From Deltaproteobacteria bacterium (GTDB taxonomy: Bacteria; Myxococcota; Kuafuiibacteriia; Kuafuiibacteriales; Kuafuiibacteriaceae): a stretch of 64,000 nucleotides of DNA. This document shows positions 10,661-19,926 of the stretch, in pieces. The notes beneath the pieces are model-generated. The model worked only from the letters and a program-made list of their open reading frames with translations, was not told the origin of the DNA and searched no databases. The DNA lies in assembly GCA_040218735.1 (NCBI GenBank), contig JAVJQW010000008.1, positions 224,001 to 288,000 on the forward strand. The letters run 5' to 3'. How positions within the stretch are numbered: the first letter of the stretch is position 1; each line of letters begins with the position of its first letter. The position numbers were made by a program, and so were the translations under genes.

Positions 10661-12844
10661 TTAGTTCTTCAGGTCCCGCTTCTCCAGCAGCGCCTTCACG
10701 TTCGGTTCGCGGCCGCGGAACTTCTTGTACAGCACCATCTCGTCGTCCGATCCCCCCGCGGCGAAGATGTGGGTGCGGAGCTTGGCGGCGAGGTCGGGGT
10801 CGAAGGCATCCTTCTTATCCTGGAAGGCCTTGAAGGCGTCGGCCTCCAGCACCTGGGCCCACAGGTACACGTAGTAGCCGGCCGAGTAACCGTCGCCCGC
10901 GAAGATGTGCTGGAAGTAGGTCGAGTGGTAGCGCGGCTCGATCTCCTCGATGAAGCCGATGCGCTTCTTCGCCTTCTTGTCGAAGGCGAGGACGTCCGTG
11001 ACCTTCGACGTCTGGTCGAGGTTCAACGTGTGCCACTCCAGATCCAACAGCGCCGCACCCACCAGCTCCGTCATCGCGAAGCCCTGGTTCCAGTTGTTCG
11101 CCGCGAGGAGCTTTTCGACCAGCTCGGCCGGGATGGGTTCGTTCGTCTCGTAGTGCCGCGCGTATTTTTCGACGACGCTGCGCTCCAGCGCCCAGTTCTC
11201 CAGCAGCTGCGACGGAAACTCGACGTAGTCACGCTTCACGCGCGTGCCCGCGAGTGACTCGTACTTCACGTTCGACAGCAGGCCGTGCAGCGCGTGGCCG
11301 AACTCGTGGAACAACGTCTCCACCTCGTCCCAACCCAGAAGGGCCGGCTTGTCCCCCGCGGGAGCCGGGAAGTTACCGACGTTCACGACGACCGGGCGCA
11401 CCTTGCCGTCGAGGTTGGACTGCGCGCGGAAGACGTTCATCCACGCGCCGCCGCGCTTGCCCTTGCGGGGGTGGTAGTCGACGTACAGCAGCCCGACGTG
11501 GGTGCCGTCCTTGTCCTTCACGTCGAACGCCTTCACCTCGGGGTGATAGCGCGGCACGCCGTCGGTGACTTCCTCGAACGTGATACCGAACAGCCGCGAG
11601 GCCGTGTCGAACGCGCCCTGGCGCACCATGTCCACTTGGAAGTACGGCTTCAGCTCGTCCTGGCTGAGATCGAACTTCTTCTTACGCACCTTCTCCGCGT
11701 AGTACTGCCAGTCCCACGGCATGAGTTTGGCCTTCTTACCGAGGTCCTTCTTCATCTCCGCCTGGAGCAACTTCCGCTCGACCTTCGCCTTCGCGATCGC
11801 GCCCTTCCACAGGCGCTCCAGCAGCATCCGCGCCGACTTCGGCGTCTTCGCCATGTTCTTGTCGATGTTGTAGTGCGCGTGGCTCTCGAACCCGAGCAGC
11901 TTCGCGCGCTCGGCGCGCAACTTCGTGATCGCGAGGATGAGCTTCTGGTTGTCGAGGTCGTCGCCGTGCGCACCGCGCGTGACGTACGCCTTGTAGATTT
12001 GCTCCCGCAGCTGGCGGTTCTTCGCGTACTGAAGGAACGGCGTGATCGACGAACGCGTGGTCGTGAACGCCCACTTGCCCTCCATCTCCCGCGCCTTCGC
12101 CTCCGCGGCCCCCGCCGCGACGACCGCGTCCGGCAGCCCCTCGAGGTCCTTTTTGTCATCCACGACGAGCGCGTACTTCTCCGTCTCCAGCCGGACGTGG
12201 TCCACGAACTTCGAGTAGTGCCCGGCGAGCTCCGCGTTGATATCCGCGAGGCGCTGCTTGCGCTCCGGATCCAGCCGCGCGCCCGAGCGCACGAAGCCCT
12301 TGTAATACTCCTCGAGCAACTTCGCTTGCTGCGGCTGAAGCCCGAGCGACGCGCGCTTCTGATAGAGCGCGTTCACGCGCTGCCAGAGGTCGTCGTTCAG
12401 ATAAATGGCGTCGTAGTGCTTCGACAGCTTCGGCGCGTACTCACCGCGGAGCTTCACGATCGCGTCGTTGCTCGTCGACCCCGCGAGGTTGAAGAACACG
12501 TTTTCGACGCGCTCCAGGAAGTCACCCGTGCGCTCCATCGCCTCGATCGTGTTCGCGAACGTGGCCTCTTCCTCGTTGTTCGCGATCTTCGCCATCTCGG
12601 CGACGTGCTGCTTCATGCCCTCGTCGAACGCCGGGGCGTAGTGGTCGTCGGTGATGCGGTCGAACGGCGGCGCGCCGTAGGGCGTCTTCCACTCCCCCGC
12701 GAAGAACGGGTTGGCGGGCGCTTCGACCTTGGCGGCTTCCTTCGGCGCCTCTTCGGCCTTGGTCATGGCGGGCTCCGGTTCCTTCGCCGCGGGCGTCGCG
12801 CAGGCGGCGAGTACGAGGGTCGTGAGGGCGGTGAGTCGACGCAT
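10661..12844 (-). CDS. dcp: M3 family metallopeptidase (peptidyl-dipeptidase Dcp type), lipoprotein
   Basis: 'TLFHEFGHALHGLLS', 'DYVEFPSQLLENW', 'KRGGAWM', 'GYSAGYYVYLWA'; lipobox LAAC. Confidence 0.93.
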   Translation of the reverse strand: MRRLTALTTLVLAACATPAAKEPEPAMTKAEEAPKEAAKVEAPANPFFAGEWKTPYGAPPFDRITDDHYAPAFDEGMKQHVAEMAKIANNEEEATFANTIEAMERTGDFLERVENVFFNLAGSTSNDAIVKLRGEYAPKLSKHYDAIYLNDDLWQRVNALYQKRASLGLQPQQAKLLEEYYKGFVRSGARLDPERKQRLADINAELAGHYSKFVDHVRLETEKYALVVDDKKDLEGLPDAVVAAGAAEAKAREMEGKWAFTTTRSSITPFLQYAKNRQLREQIYKAYVTRGAHGDDLDNQKLILAITKLRAERAKLLGFESHAHYNIDKNMAKTPKSARMLLERLWKGAIAKAKVERKLLQAEMKKDLGKKAKLMPWDWQYYAEKVRKKKFDLSQDELKPYFQVDMVRQGAFDTASRLFGITFEEVTDGVPRYHPEVKAFDVKDKDGTHVGLLYVDYHPRKGKRGGAWMNVFRAQSNLDGKVRPVVVNVGNFPAPAGDKPALLGWDEVETLFHEFGHALHGLLSNVKYESLAGTRVKRDYVEFPSQLLENWALERSVVEKYARHYETNEPIPAELVEKLLAANNWNQGFAMTELVGAALLDLEWHTLNLDQTSKVTDVLAFDKKAKKRIGFIEEIEPRYHSTYFQHIFAGDGYSAGYYVYLWAQVLEADAFKAFQDKKDAFDPDLAAKLRTHIFAAGGSDDEMVLYKKFRGREPNVKALLEKRDLKN

Positions 12845-12906
12845 CGAAACGCGACGTATCGCCCCGCTCCCGGAGGGGTCAACCACGGTAAGCTCCATCG
12901 CCCGTC

Positions 12907-14436
12907 ATGCGGTTCGAGAAGCTCGTCTGTACCTCGCTCGCCATCGCGCGCACGCGTAAGCGGCTCGAGAAGATCGATCGTCTCGCGGATCTCTTCCGCG
13001 CGCTCCCACGCGACGCGATCGCGATCGGTGTCGCCTACCTGGCGGGCCAGGTTCCGCAGGGGCGCATCGGCATCGGCTACGCGAAGCTCCGCGACACGCA
13101 GCACGTGCCGCCCGCCGCCGAACCCTCCCTGGAGCTGCTCGACATCCACCGCACCCTCGACGCGATCGTCGAGACCACGGGCGCCGGTTCTCAGAAGCGG
13201 AGGTTGGAGCTCCTCGAAGGCCTCCTCGCCAAGGCCACCGCCGACGAGCAAGTCTTCTTGCGTCGCCTCCTCATCGGCGAGATCCGCCAGGGCGCGCTCG
13301 AGAGCATCGCCGTGGAGGGGCTCGCGAAGGCGACCGGGGTCGACGCCGCCAAGATCCGGCGCGCGCAGATGCTCGCCAACGATCTCGGCGGCATCGCGTC
13401 CGCCGTCATCCTCGAAGGTGAAGCCGCGCTCGCCCGCTTCGACTTGAGGCTCTTCACGCCGATCCACCCGATGCTCGCGCACACCGCGGAGGACGTGGAC
13501 GCCGCCCTCGAGCAGCTCGAAGAAGCGATCTTCGAGCTCAAGGTCGACGGCGCCCGAGTGCAGGTCCACAAACAGGGCGACGAGGTGCGTGTCTTCTCAC
13601 GCCGCATGAACGAGGTGACCCCCGCCGTTCCGGAGATCGTCGAAGCCGCGCGACGCTGGCCCGTCGAGTCGATCGTCCTCGACGGCGAGACCATCGCGCT
13701 CCGCAAGGACGGAACGCCGCACAGCTTCCAGACCACGATGCGCCGCTTTGGCCGACGCCTCGACGTCGACGCGCTCCGCGCCAAGCTCCCGCTCACCACT
13801 TATTACTTCGACGTCCTGCACGTGAACGGCGCGACGGTGATCGACGAACCCGCGACGCAACGCAACTTGCGCATGGAGGGGGCGCTCCCCGCCGAGCAAC
13901 GGATCGAACGCGTCGTCACGCGCGACCGCGAAGAGGCCGACGCCTTCTACGCACGTGCCCTCGACCGCGGCCACGAAGGCGTCATGGCGAAGGCGCTCGA
14001 CGCCACCTACGAAGCCGGCAACCGCGGCAAGAGTTGGCTGAAGCTCAAACACGTCCACACCCTCGATCTCGTGGTGATCGGCGTGGAGTGGGGGAGCGGG
14101 CGTCGGAAGGGCTGGCTCTCGAACCTGCACCTCGGCGCGCGGGATCCGAAGAGCGGTCGGTTCGTCATGCTCGGCAAGACCTTCAAGGGCATGACCGACG
14201 CGATGCTCACCTGGCAGACGGAGAAGCTCCTCTCCCTCGAAACCTCGCGGGAGGGGCGCGTCGTCTGGGTGAAGCCGGAGCTCGTCGTGGAGATAGCGTT
14301 CAACGACGTGCAGCACAGCCCGCACTACCCGGCGGGGGTCGCGCTGCGATTCGCGCGCGTGAAACGGTACCGCGAAGACAAGAAGCCCCAGGAGGCCGAT
14401 CTGCTCCCCGCGGTCCTCGCGCTACTCCCTGACTAA
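12907..14436 (+). CDS. ATP-dependent DNA ligase (LigB-like)
   Basis: 'ELKVDGARVQVHK' (KxDG), 'LDGE', 'FDVL', 'EGVMAK', 'WLKLK', 'ALRFARVKRYREDK'. Confidence 0.95.
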   Translation: MRFEKLVCTSLAIARTRKRLEKIDRLADLFRALPRDAIAIGVAYLAGQVPQGRIGIGYAKLRDTQHVPPAAEPSLELLDIHRTLDAIVETTGAGSQKRRLELLEGLLAKATADEQVFLRRLLIGEIRQGALESIAVEGLAKATGVDAAKIRRAQMLANDLGGIASAVILEGEAALARFDLRLFTPIHPMLAHTAEDVDAALEQLEEAIFELKVDGARVQVHKQGDEVRVFSRRMNEVTPAVPEIVEAARRWPVESIVLDGETIALRKDGTPHSFQTTMRRFGRRLDVDALRAKLPLTTYYFDVLHVNGATVIDEPATQRNLRMEGALPAEQRIERVVTRDREEADAFYARALDRGHEGVMAKALDATYEAGNRGKSWLKLKHVHTLDLVVIGVEWGSGRRKGWLSNLHLGARDPKSGRFVMLGKTFKGMTDAMLTWQTEKLLSLETSREGRVVWVKPELVVEIAFNDVQHSPHYPAGVALRFARVKRYREDKKPQEADLLPAVLALLPD

Positions 14437-15431
14437 CAAGTCTCGTCGCCGTCGTCGCAGACCGTCACGACGCTGTCGTCGATGTTCAACTCGACGCCGT
14501 TGAGCTCGAGGTGCAGGCGCTTCTTCATCCGCTCGACGTGCTCGCGCATGCGCTCCGCCTGGTGATTCGCGCCGTGTCCGCACGCTTCGCCCTCTTCGCA
14601 GTCGGGGTGGACGACGCCGTCCTGGTGAGGCTCGGCGCGTAGCCGCTCGCGTTCGGCGTCGCGGTTCTCGCGGCGAGCTTCGCGTTTGGCGTTGCGAACT
14701 TCCCGCAGCGCTTCGCGCCGGTTCTCGGCCTCGTCGCGAATCGCGTCTTCGGCGGCTCGGCGTTTGTCCTCCGCTTCGCGTCGTGCGTCGTCGTCGCCGC
14801 GGCGTGACGCGTCGCGGATGCGCTCGACGGCTTCGCGGAGCCGTTGCTTGGCTTCGCGCTTGCGCTGCTTGGCTTCCTGAGCGCGGACCCGCGCTTCCTC
14901 GATGCGGGTCTCGGCTTCGCGCGCCCGGACTCGGGCCTCCGCGGATCGCACGCGCGCCTCGGCCGCCCGGGTGCGTGCCTCTTCGGCGCGTACGGCCGAC
15001 TCTTCCGCGTGTGCCTCGGCCTCTTCGATCTCGAGTCGGATGTGTTCGCCGATCTCCTTGGCCGCCTCGATCAGCTCACGCTTCGCCTCGACCTCGGCGC
15101 GCGCCTCCTCGGCCCTCGCGCGGATCTCCTCGACGCGGCCGCGGAGCTCGTGCGCGCGCTCCATCGCCCGCTCGATCTCCTCTTGCGAGATCTCGGCGTG
15201 GACGTGCTCCATCTCTTCTTCGAGCTGATGCTCGATCTCGATGCGGAGGGTTCGCAGGTCCTCGTCGTCGGCGTCGTCGACCTCCTCCAGGAGCTCTCGG
15301 AGCACCGCGACCACCTGCGCCTTCTCTTCGTCGGTGAGGTTGACCTCCAAAGAGGCCCGCTGCTTCATGACGGAACCGATGCCGTAGACGACGCAGCAGA
15401 CGACCCAGAAGGCGAGGAAGACATTGCGCAT
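14433..15431 (-). CDS. Membrane-anchored, E/R/A-rich coiled-coil hypothetical protein
   Basis: N-terminal hydrophobic segment followed by heptad 'AEEARxRA' repeats. Confidence 0.7.
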   Translation of the reverse strand: MRNVFLAFWVVCCVVYGIGSVMKQRASLEVNLTDEEKAQVVAVLRELLEEVDDADDEDLRTLRIEIEHQLEEEMEHVHAEISQEEIERAMERAHELRGRVEEIRARAEEARAEVEAKRELIEAAKEIGEHIRLEIEEAEAHAEESAVRAEEARTRAAEARVRSAEARVRAREAETRIEEARVRAQEAKQRKREAKQRLREAVERIRDASRRGDDDARREAEDKRRAAEDAIRDEAENRREALREVRNAKREARRENRDAERERLRAEPHQDGVVHPDCEEGEACGHGANHQAERMREHVERMKKRLHLELNGVELNIDDSVVTVCDDGDETC

Positions 15432-15486
15432 GAGATCACTGTACGCGCGGCCTCAGGCCTCCGCCATGCAAGATCTCGGCGACAGA

Positions 15487-15506
15487 GTGCAGTCGAATGA
15501 CTGCAC
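15487..15506 (-). terminator. Hairpin downstream of 15531..16403
   Basis: Perfect inverted repeat GTGCAGTC-GAAT-GACTGCAC; no clear U-tract. Confidence 0.45.
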
Positions 15507-15530
15507 CCGAGGTGAAGACGAGGGCGTGAA

Positions 15531-16403
15531 CTACGCCTTCATGTTGTTGATGGCGGTCTTCGCGCCTTCGTTGTGTTTGTCGAAGACGCTGCGCACCAGG
15601 TCGTACGCCTGCGTCTTCTTGTCCATGAGGCGCTTCAGCTGGAACGTCATCAGGTCGATGCTGCTGCTGCTGCTGCCGTCGCCGTTCTCCACGGTGCCGG
15701 TGCCATCCATGCCGAACCCACCGTACCCGGACGAGCCGTTCGACGAACCGACGCCCTCACCGAGCCCGAAGAGGAAGTTCACGCCGCTGCTCACGCCGCC
15801 CGCGATCCCCGCCGCCTCGGCCATGATCGCCTCGTCCATGCGGCTCAAGACGTCCCACATGTTTCCGGGCACGGAGCCGAAGCCACCGCCCGACGCACCC
15901 GAAGCGGCCGCGTTGCCCGCCGTCATCGCCGACACCGAGACGCCGCCGTCCTGGCGGCCGTCGTTGACGACGGTTAGCTGCGTCTGACGCTCGAACGCTT
16001 CGAGGATGAGCGGGTCGGTCAGCATGCGCTGCACCATGACCGCCCCGCGGCGACGGTGACGGTTGAACAGCGCCGGGAAGGGGTCCCCCGCGGAAGCGTG
16101 CTCGGCGGCGGTCTCTTGGTAGTACGTGCCCTCGACGTACGCGCCGCGCTGCTCGAGCGCCTGCGCCGGGGTGAGGTTCGACCAAGGTTGCGGGACGTCC
16201 TGGCGCGCGTCCTTCACCTGACGCGAGAACTTGTTGACGCCGACCCGCGAGACGTCGCCGGCGGACATGCGCCCGAAGCCGTTGCCGAGACGTGAGAGGC
16301 GCGCGAGCGAAGAGCGGTCGAGCGACCGCATCTGGCCGACGACGACCTCCTGCGGGATGCCGAGCTTGTTGAGCTGTTCGCTGGCGTTCGTTCCGAGCTT
16401 CAT
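15531..16403 (-). CDS. Hypothetical protein with a T3SS needle/translocator-like C-terminal helix
   Basis: GGAG/GAGG RBS; Gly/Ser-rich linker; ends 'FQLKRLMDKKTQAYDLVRSVFDKHNEGAKTAINNMKA'. Confidence 0.7.
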   Translation of the reverse strand: MKLGTNASEQLNKLGIPQEVVVGQMRSLDRSSLARLSRLGNGFGRMSAGDVSRVGVNKFSRQVKDARQDVPQPWSNLTPAQALEQRGAYVEGTYYQETAAEHASAGDPFPALFNRHRRRGAVMVQRMLTDPLILEAFERQTQLTVVNDGRQDGGVSVSAMTAGNAAASGASGGGFGSVPGNMWDVLSRMDEAIMAEAAGIAGGVSSGVNFLFGLGEGVGSSNGSSGYGGFGMDGTGTVENGDGSSSSSIDLMTFQLKRLMDKKTQAYDLVRSVFDKHNEGAKTAINNMKA

Positions 16404-16541
16404 GGTCGACCTCGCTCCACTGAATGACGGCCGGGCACGATTCAGCCCTTTAACCGCCTATCAGTTTCGCGTTTCGTTATCGGTGTGTCGCCCCGCACGT
16501 TGCGACAAAATCGCCGATTTGTGCCAAGTGCCCGAAAAGAC

Positions 16542-17438
16542 TCAGTTAGGGATCTGGATGTCGGCGCCCCCCCGGGGGAGGAGCTTGAAGTTCTCGAACG
16601 CGTAGTGGAGCACGCCGGCGACGAAATCGATTTGGGTGCCGAGCGGTGGGCGCGGGAGGGGCGGCCACAGCGCGTTGTCCACACGCAGGCCGCCGGTGAC
16701 CGCGAACTCCCCGAAATCCATGGGCGCGTCCGGGTTGGGATCTGTGACGGACACGTTCTGCACCTCGACGAGCACACATTCGTAGCCCTCGGCGAAGATG
16801 CCACCCGTGGCGATCGACGCCGCGCTCACGACCTCGGGTGTCAGCGGGGTCCCCGCCGTGCGGGCGATGAGCGAGCCGAACCGCACCTCGGTGAGGCCGA
16901 AGTACTCCTCCAGCGTACCCGTCAGCGTGACGCGATCGCCGACCTGGACGGATGGCACCGGCGCGTTCATCGGTAGGAAGACGAACACGCCGCTGTACTG
17001 CCCGCCCGCGGACTCCTGCACGTAGAAGCTCCCGGCCTGACCACCCTCCGTGACGACCGCCGTGACGACGACGTTGCGCAGCTCCACCGCCGCGTTCTCA
17101 CCGGGGTAGAGCGGGCTCGAGACGTCCTGGATGTCGTAGATCGTGAGCGCCTGGGCCGGTCCGGCGTCGCGGACCGTGTTCACGCCGCCGTCGCGTGGCG
17201 GGACGGAGCCCCCGTCGCGACCCGGGCGGACCCCGCCGTCGCGGCCCGGCACGAACGGCCCGCCGTCGCGCACCATGTCCACGCCGCCGTCGCGCGGGGG
17301 ACCGTTGTTGCCCGCGTCGAGGAACCCACCTCCGCCGTCGCGGAGGAGGATCGTGGTGCCGCCGTTGCGTCGGCCGTCGCCGCAAGCAGCGACGAGGACG
17401 ACGATGAAGCCGAGGAGGAGCGAGCGAGCGGAGAGCAT
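16542..17438 (-). CDS. Lipoprotein with an RDGG-repeat linker and OB-fold-like domains
   Basis: Lipobox VAAC; 'TIYDIQ', 'VVTAV...SFYVQE...YSGVFVF', 'VGDRVTLTGTLEEYFGLTE', 'KLLPR' resemble OB modules of extracellular nucleases. Confidence 0.8.
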   Translation of the reverse strand: MLSARSLLLGFIVVLVAACGDGRRNGGTTILLRDGGGGFLDAGNNGPPRDGGVDMVRDGGPFVPGRDGGVRPGRDGGSVPPRDGGVNTVRDAGPAQALTIYDIQDVSSPLYPGENAAVELRNVVVTAVVTEGGQAGSFYVQESAGGQYSGVFVFLPMNAPVPSVQVGDRVTLTGTLEEYFGLTEVRFGSLIARTAGTPLTPEVVSAASIATGGIFAEGYECVLVEVQNVSVTDPNPDAPMDFGEFAVTGGLRVDNALWPPLPRPPLGTQIDFVAGVLHYAFENFKLLPRGGADIQIPN

Positions 17439-17518
17439 GAGCGCACGCATACTACGCGCGCCGCTCGTGGATCTTCGTCGGTCGATCGCGCTGCTCGCGC
17501 GGATCCGGCCTCTCGGAG

Positions 17519-18286
17519 TCAGGCCTTCCGCATCGGCGGCTGGACGCGCCACCCGGCGGTGTGCTCGCGGCAGTACGGGGCGCCCTTCACGGGTTTGCGC
17601 AGGCAGGGGGTTCCGTCGTCGAGGGTGCCGCGGCAGCGGTGCACTTCCCCGAGGGGGTCGCCCTCGTAGAGCCCGCGTTTGCGGTGCTCCTCGTCCTCGA
17701 GCTCCTCGGCGACCCAGCCGGCGCCCGGCTTGTCCTCTTCGTCCTCGTCCTGCTGCTGCGACTGATCGCGGGCCTCGGCCTCTTCGACTTCTTTCTTGTC
17801 GACGCGCTCCTCCATCGCGGCTTCGTGCTGCCCGAGGACCCGCGCCTCGTCGGCGACCTCGTCCCGGCGGATCTCGCCGTCCTTTGCCTCGCGCTGCTCC
17901 GCGACCTCGGTTTGCTCGGCGACCTTCTCCTTGGTCTCGGCCTTCTCCTTGCCCTCGCGGCCGAGGTTCGTGAACGGGTTGTCGGGTTCCGCGCGCTCGA
18001 CCGACGACTCCTGGACGAAGCGCTCGACGTTGGTCTTCTCGTTGGCGTTCTTCGCCCCCGACTCCTTGTCGGCGTTGTTGTACCCGAGCCCGCTCAGCAG
18101 CTCGCCGTCGGGGCCGAGCTCCATGCCCTTGGGGAGCGCGCCCTCCTTGCCCTGCGCGGCGAGGCCGTGGGCCTCTGCGCCCGCGGCGCCGCCCTGCAGG
18201 AGCTTCCCGAGCGCCTCACCCTCTTCGCCGGGCGCTTGGAGGCCGAGTTTGGCGAGCAGGGCGCCGAGGCCCGCAGGGATGTGCAT
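17519..18286 (-). CDS. Acidic hypothetical protein with a C-terminal CCCH zinc knuckle
   Basis: E/K/D-rich; 'RCRGTLDDGTPCLRKPVKGAPYCREH'; start uncertain (18286-18358). Confidence 0.7.
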   Translation of the reverse strand: MHIPAGLGALLAKLGLQAPGEEGEALGKLLQGGAAGAEAHGLAAQGKEGALPKGMELGPDGELLSGLGYNNADKESGAKNANEKTNVERFVQESSVERAEPDNPFTNLGREGKEKAETKEKVAEQTEVAEQREAKDGEIRRDEVADEARVLGQHEAAMEERVDKKEVEEAEARDQSQQQDEDEEDKPGAGWVAEELEDEEHRKRGLYEGDPLGEVHRCRGTLDDGTPCLRKPVKGAPYCREHTAGWRVQPPMRKA

Positions 18287-18363
18287 CGGCACGACGCTCG
18301 TCAGCATAAGGACCTTGGTTCGCGGTCGGCAAGCCGGGCGGACCGTGATATCCGCCACCGGGT

Positions 18364-19923
18364 ATGACGGCTCCGGCTTCGCTCGACCGCGTCCTCGTCC
18401 TCGACTTCGGCTCCCAATACACGCAGCTCATCGCGCGGCGGATCCGCGAGCAGCGGGTCTACTCGGAGATCTGGCCGTGCACGCGGTCCCTCGAAGACAT
18501 CCGAGCGTTCGCCCCCAAGGCGATCGTGCTGTCCGGCGGGCCCTCGTCGGTGCACGAGGAGGGCAGCCCGACGATCGACCCCGCGATCTTCGAGCTCGGC
18601 GTCCCCGTCCTCGGCATCTGCTACGGCATGCAGCTCATGTGTCACCTCCTCGGCGGACGTGTGGTTCGCTCCGAGCGACACGAGTACGGGCGCGCCGAAG
18701 TCGAACACGTCGCGGACGACGATCTACTCTTTGGATTCCACTCGAACGAAGACACCCACGTCTGGATGAGCCACGGCGACGCCGTCGAGTCGCTCCCGGA
18801 CGGCTTCGTCACCCTCGGTCGCTCCAAGAGCTGCCCTTACGCCGCGGTCTCCAACCCGGCGAAGCGCTGGTTCGGCCTGCAGTTCCACCCGGAGGTCGTC
18901 CACACGCCGCGCGGGACGGAGATCATCGCGAACTTCCTCTTCCGCATCGCCGACGTCGCCGCGACGTGGACGATGGGGAGCTTCATCGAGCGCGAGATCG
19001 AGCTGATCCGCGAGAAGGTCGGCACCGACCAGGTCATCTGCGGCCTCTCCGGCGGCGTCGACTCGTCGGTGGTCGCCGCACTGCTGCACAAGGCGATCGG
19101 CGACCAGCTCATCCCGGTCTTCGTGAACAACGGCGTGCTCCGCGCCGGTGAGGCGGAGCAGGTCCAGGGGGTCTTCCGCGACCGGCTCGGCATGAACCTC
19201 CGCTACGTCGACGCGACGGATCAGTTCCTCGATGCGCTCGACGGCGTCACGGATCCCGAAGAGAAGCGCAAGACGATCGGGCGGGTGTTCATCGACGTCT
19301 TCGACGCCGCGGCCAAGAGCGCCGGCGAGAACGCGCGCTGGCTCGCGCAGGGCACGCTGTACCCGGACGTGATCGAGTCGGTCTCGTTCAAGGGTCCGAG
19401 CGCGACGATCAAGAGCCACCACAACGTCGGCGGCCTCCCGGAGCGGATGAAGCTGTCGCTGATCGAGCCGCTCCGCGAGCTGTTCAAGGACGAGGTCCGC
19501 ATCCTCGGCAAGGAGCTCGGCCTCCCGGACGACGTCGTCGGGCGCCAGCCGTTCCCGGGGCCGGGGCTCGCGATTCGCATCGTCGGTGAGATCACGCGAC
19601 CGCAGCTCGACACCCTCCGTCACGCGGACCGCATCGTGCGCGAAGAGATCGTCGACGCCGGTCTGTACGATCAGATCTGGCAGAGCTTCGCGGTGCTGCT
19701 CCCGGTGCGCTCCGTCGGCGTGATGGGCGACGCCCGCACCTACGAGGCGACGTGCGCGATCCGCGCGGTGACCTCGATCGACGGCATGACCGCCGACTGG
19801 GCGCACATCCCGTACGAAGTGCTCGCGCGGATGTCGAATCGGATCATCAACGAGGTCCGCGGGATCAACCGCGTCGTCTACGACATTTCGAGCAAGCCGC
19901 CGTCCACGATCGAGTGGGAGTAG
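18364..19923 (+). CDS. guaA: GMP synthase (glutamine-hydrolysing)
   Basis: '[14 protein letters not shown]', 'GICYGMQ', 'QFHPEV', 'SGGVDSSV', '[11 protein letters not shown]', 'KPPSTIEWE'. Confidence 0.99.
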   Translation: MTAPASLDRVLVLDFGSQYTQLIARRIREQRVYSEIWPCTRSLEDIRAFAPKAIVLSGGPSSVHEEGSPTIDPAIFELGVPVLGICYGMQLMCHLLGGRVVRSERHEYGRAEVEHVADDDLLFGFHSNEDTHVWMSHGDAVESLPDGFVTLGRSKSCPYAAVSNPAKRWFGLQFHPEVVHTPRGTEIIANFLFRIADVAATWTMGSFIEREIELIREKVGTDQVICGLSGGVDSSVVAALLHKAIGDQLIPVFVNNGVLRAGEAEQVQGVFRDRLGMNLRYVDATDQFLDALDGVTDPEEKRKTIGRVFIDVFDAAAKSAGENARWLAQGTLYPDVIESVSFKGPSATIKSHHNVGGLPERMKLSLIEPLRELFKDEVRILGKELGLPDDVVGRQPFPGPGLAIRIVGEITRPQLDTLRHADRIVREEIVDAGLYDQIWQSFAVLLPVRSVGVMGDARTYEATCAIRAVTSIDGMTADWAHIPYEVLARMSNRIINEVRGINRVVYDISSKPPSTIEWE

Positions 19924-19926
19924 CCG

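Noticed and set aside
16512-16527. TGGCAC-containing sigma-54-like site upstream of the needle-like gene
   Set aside because: The -12 GC is off by one base and TT is missing; sigma-54 spacing is strict.
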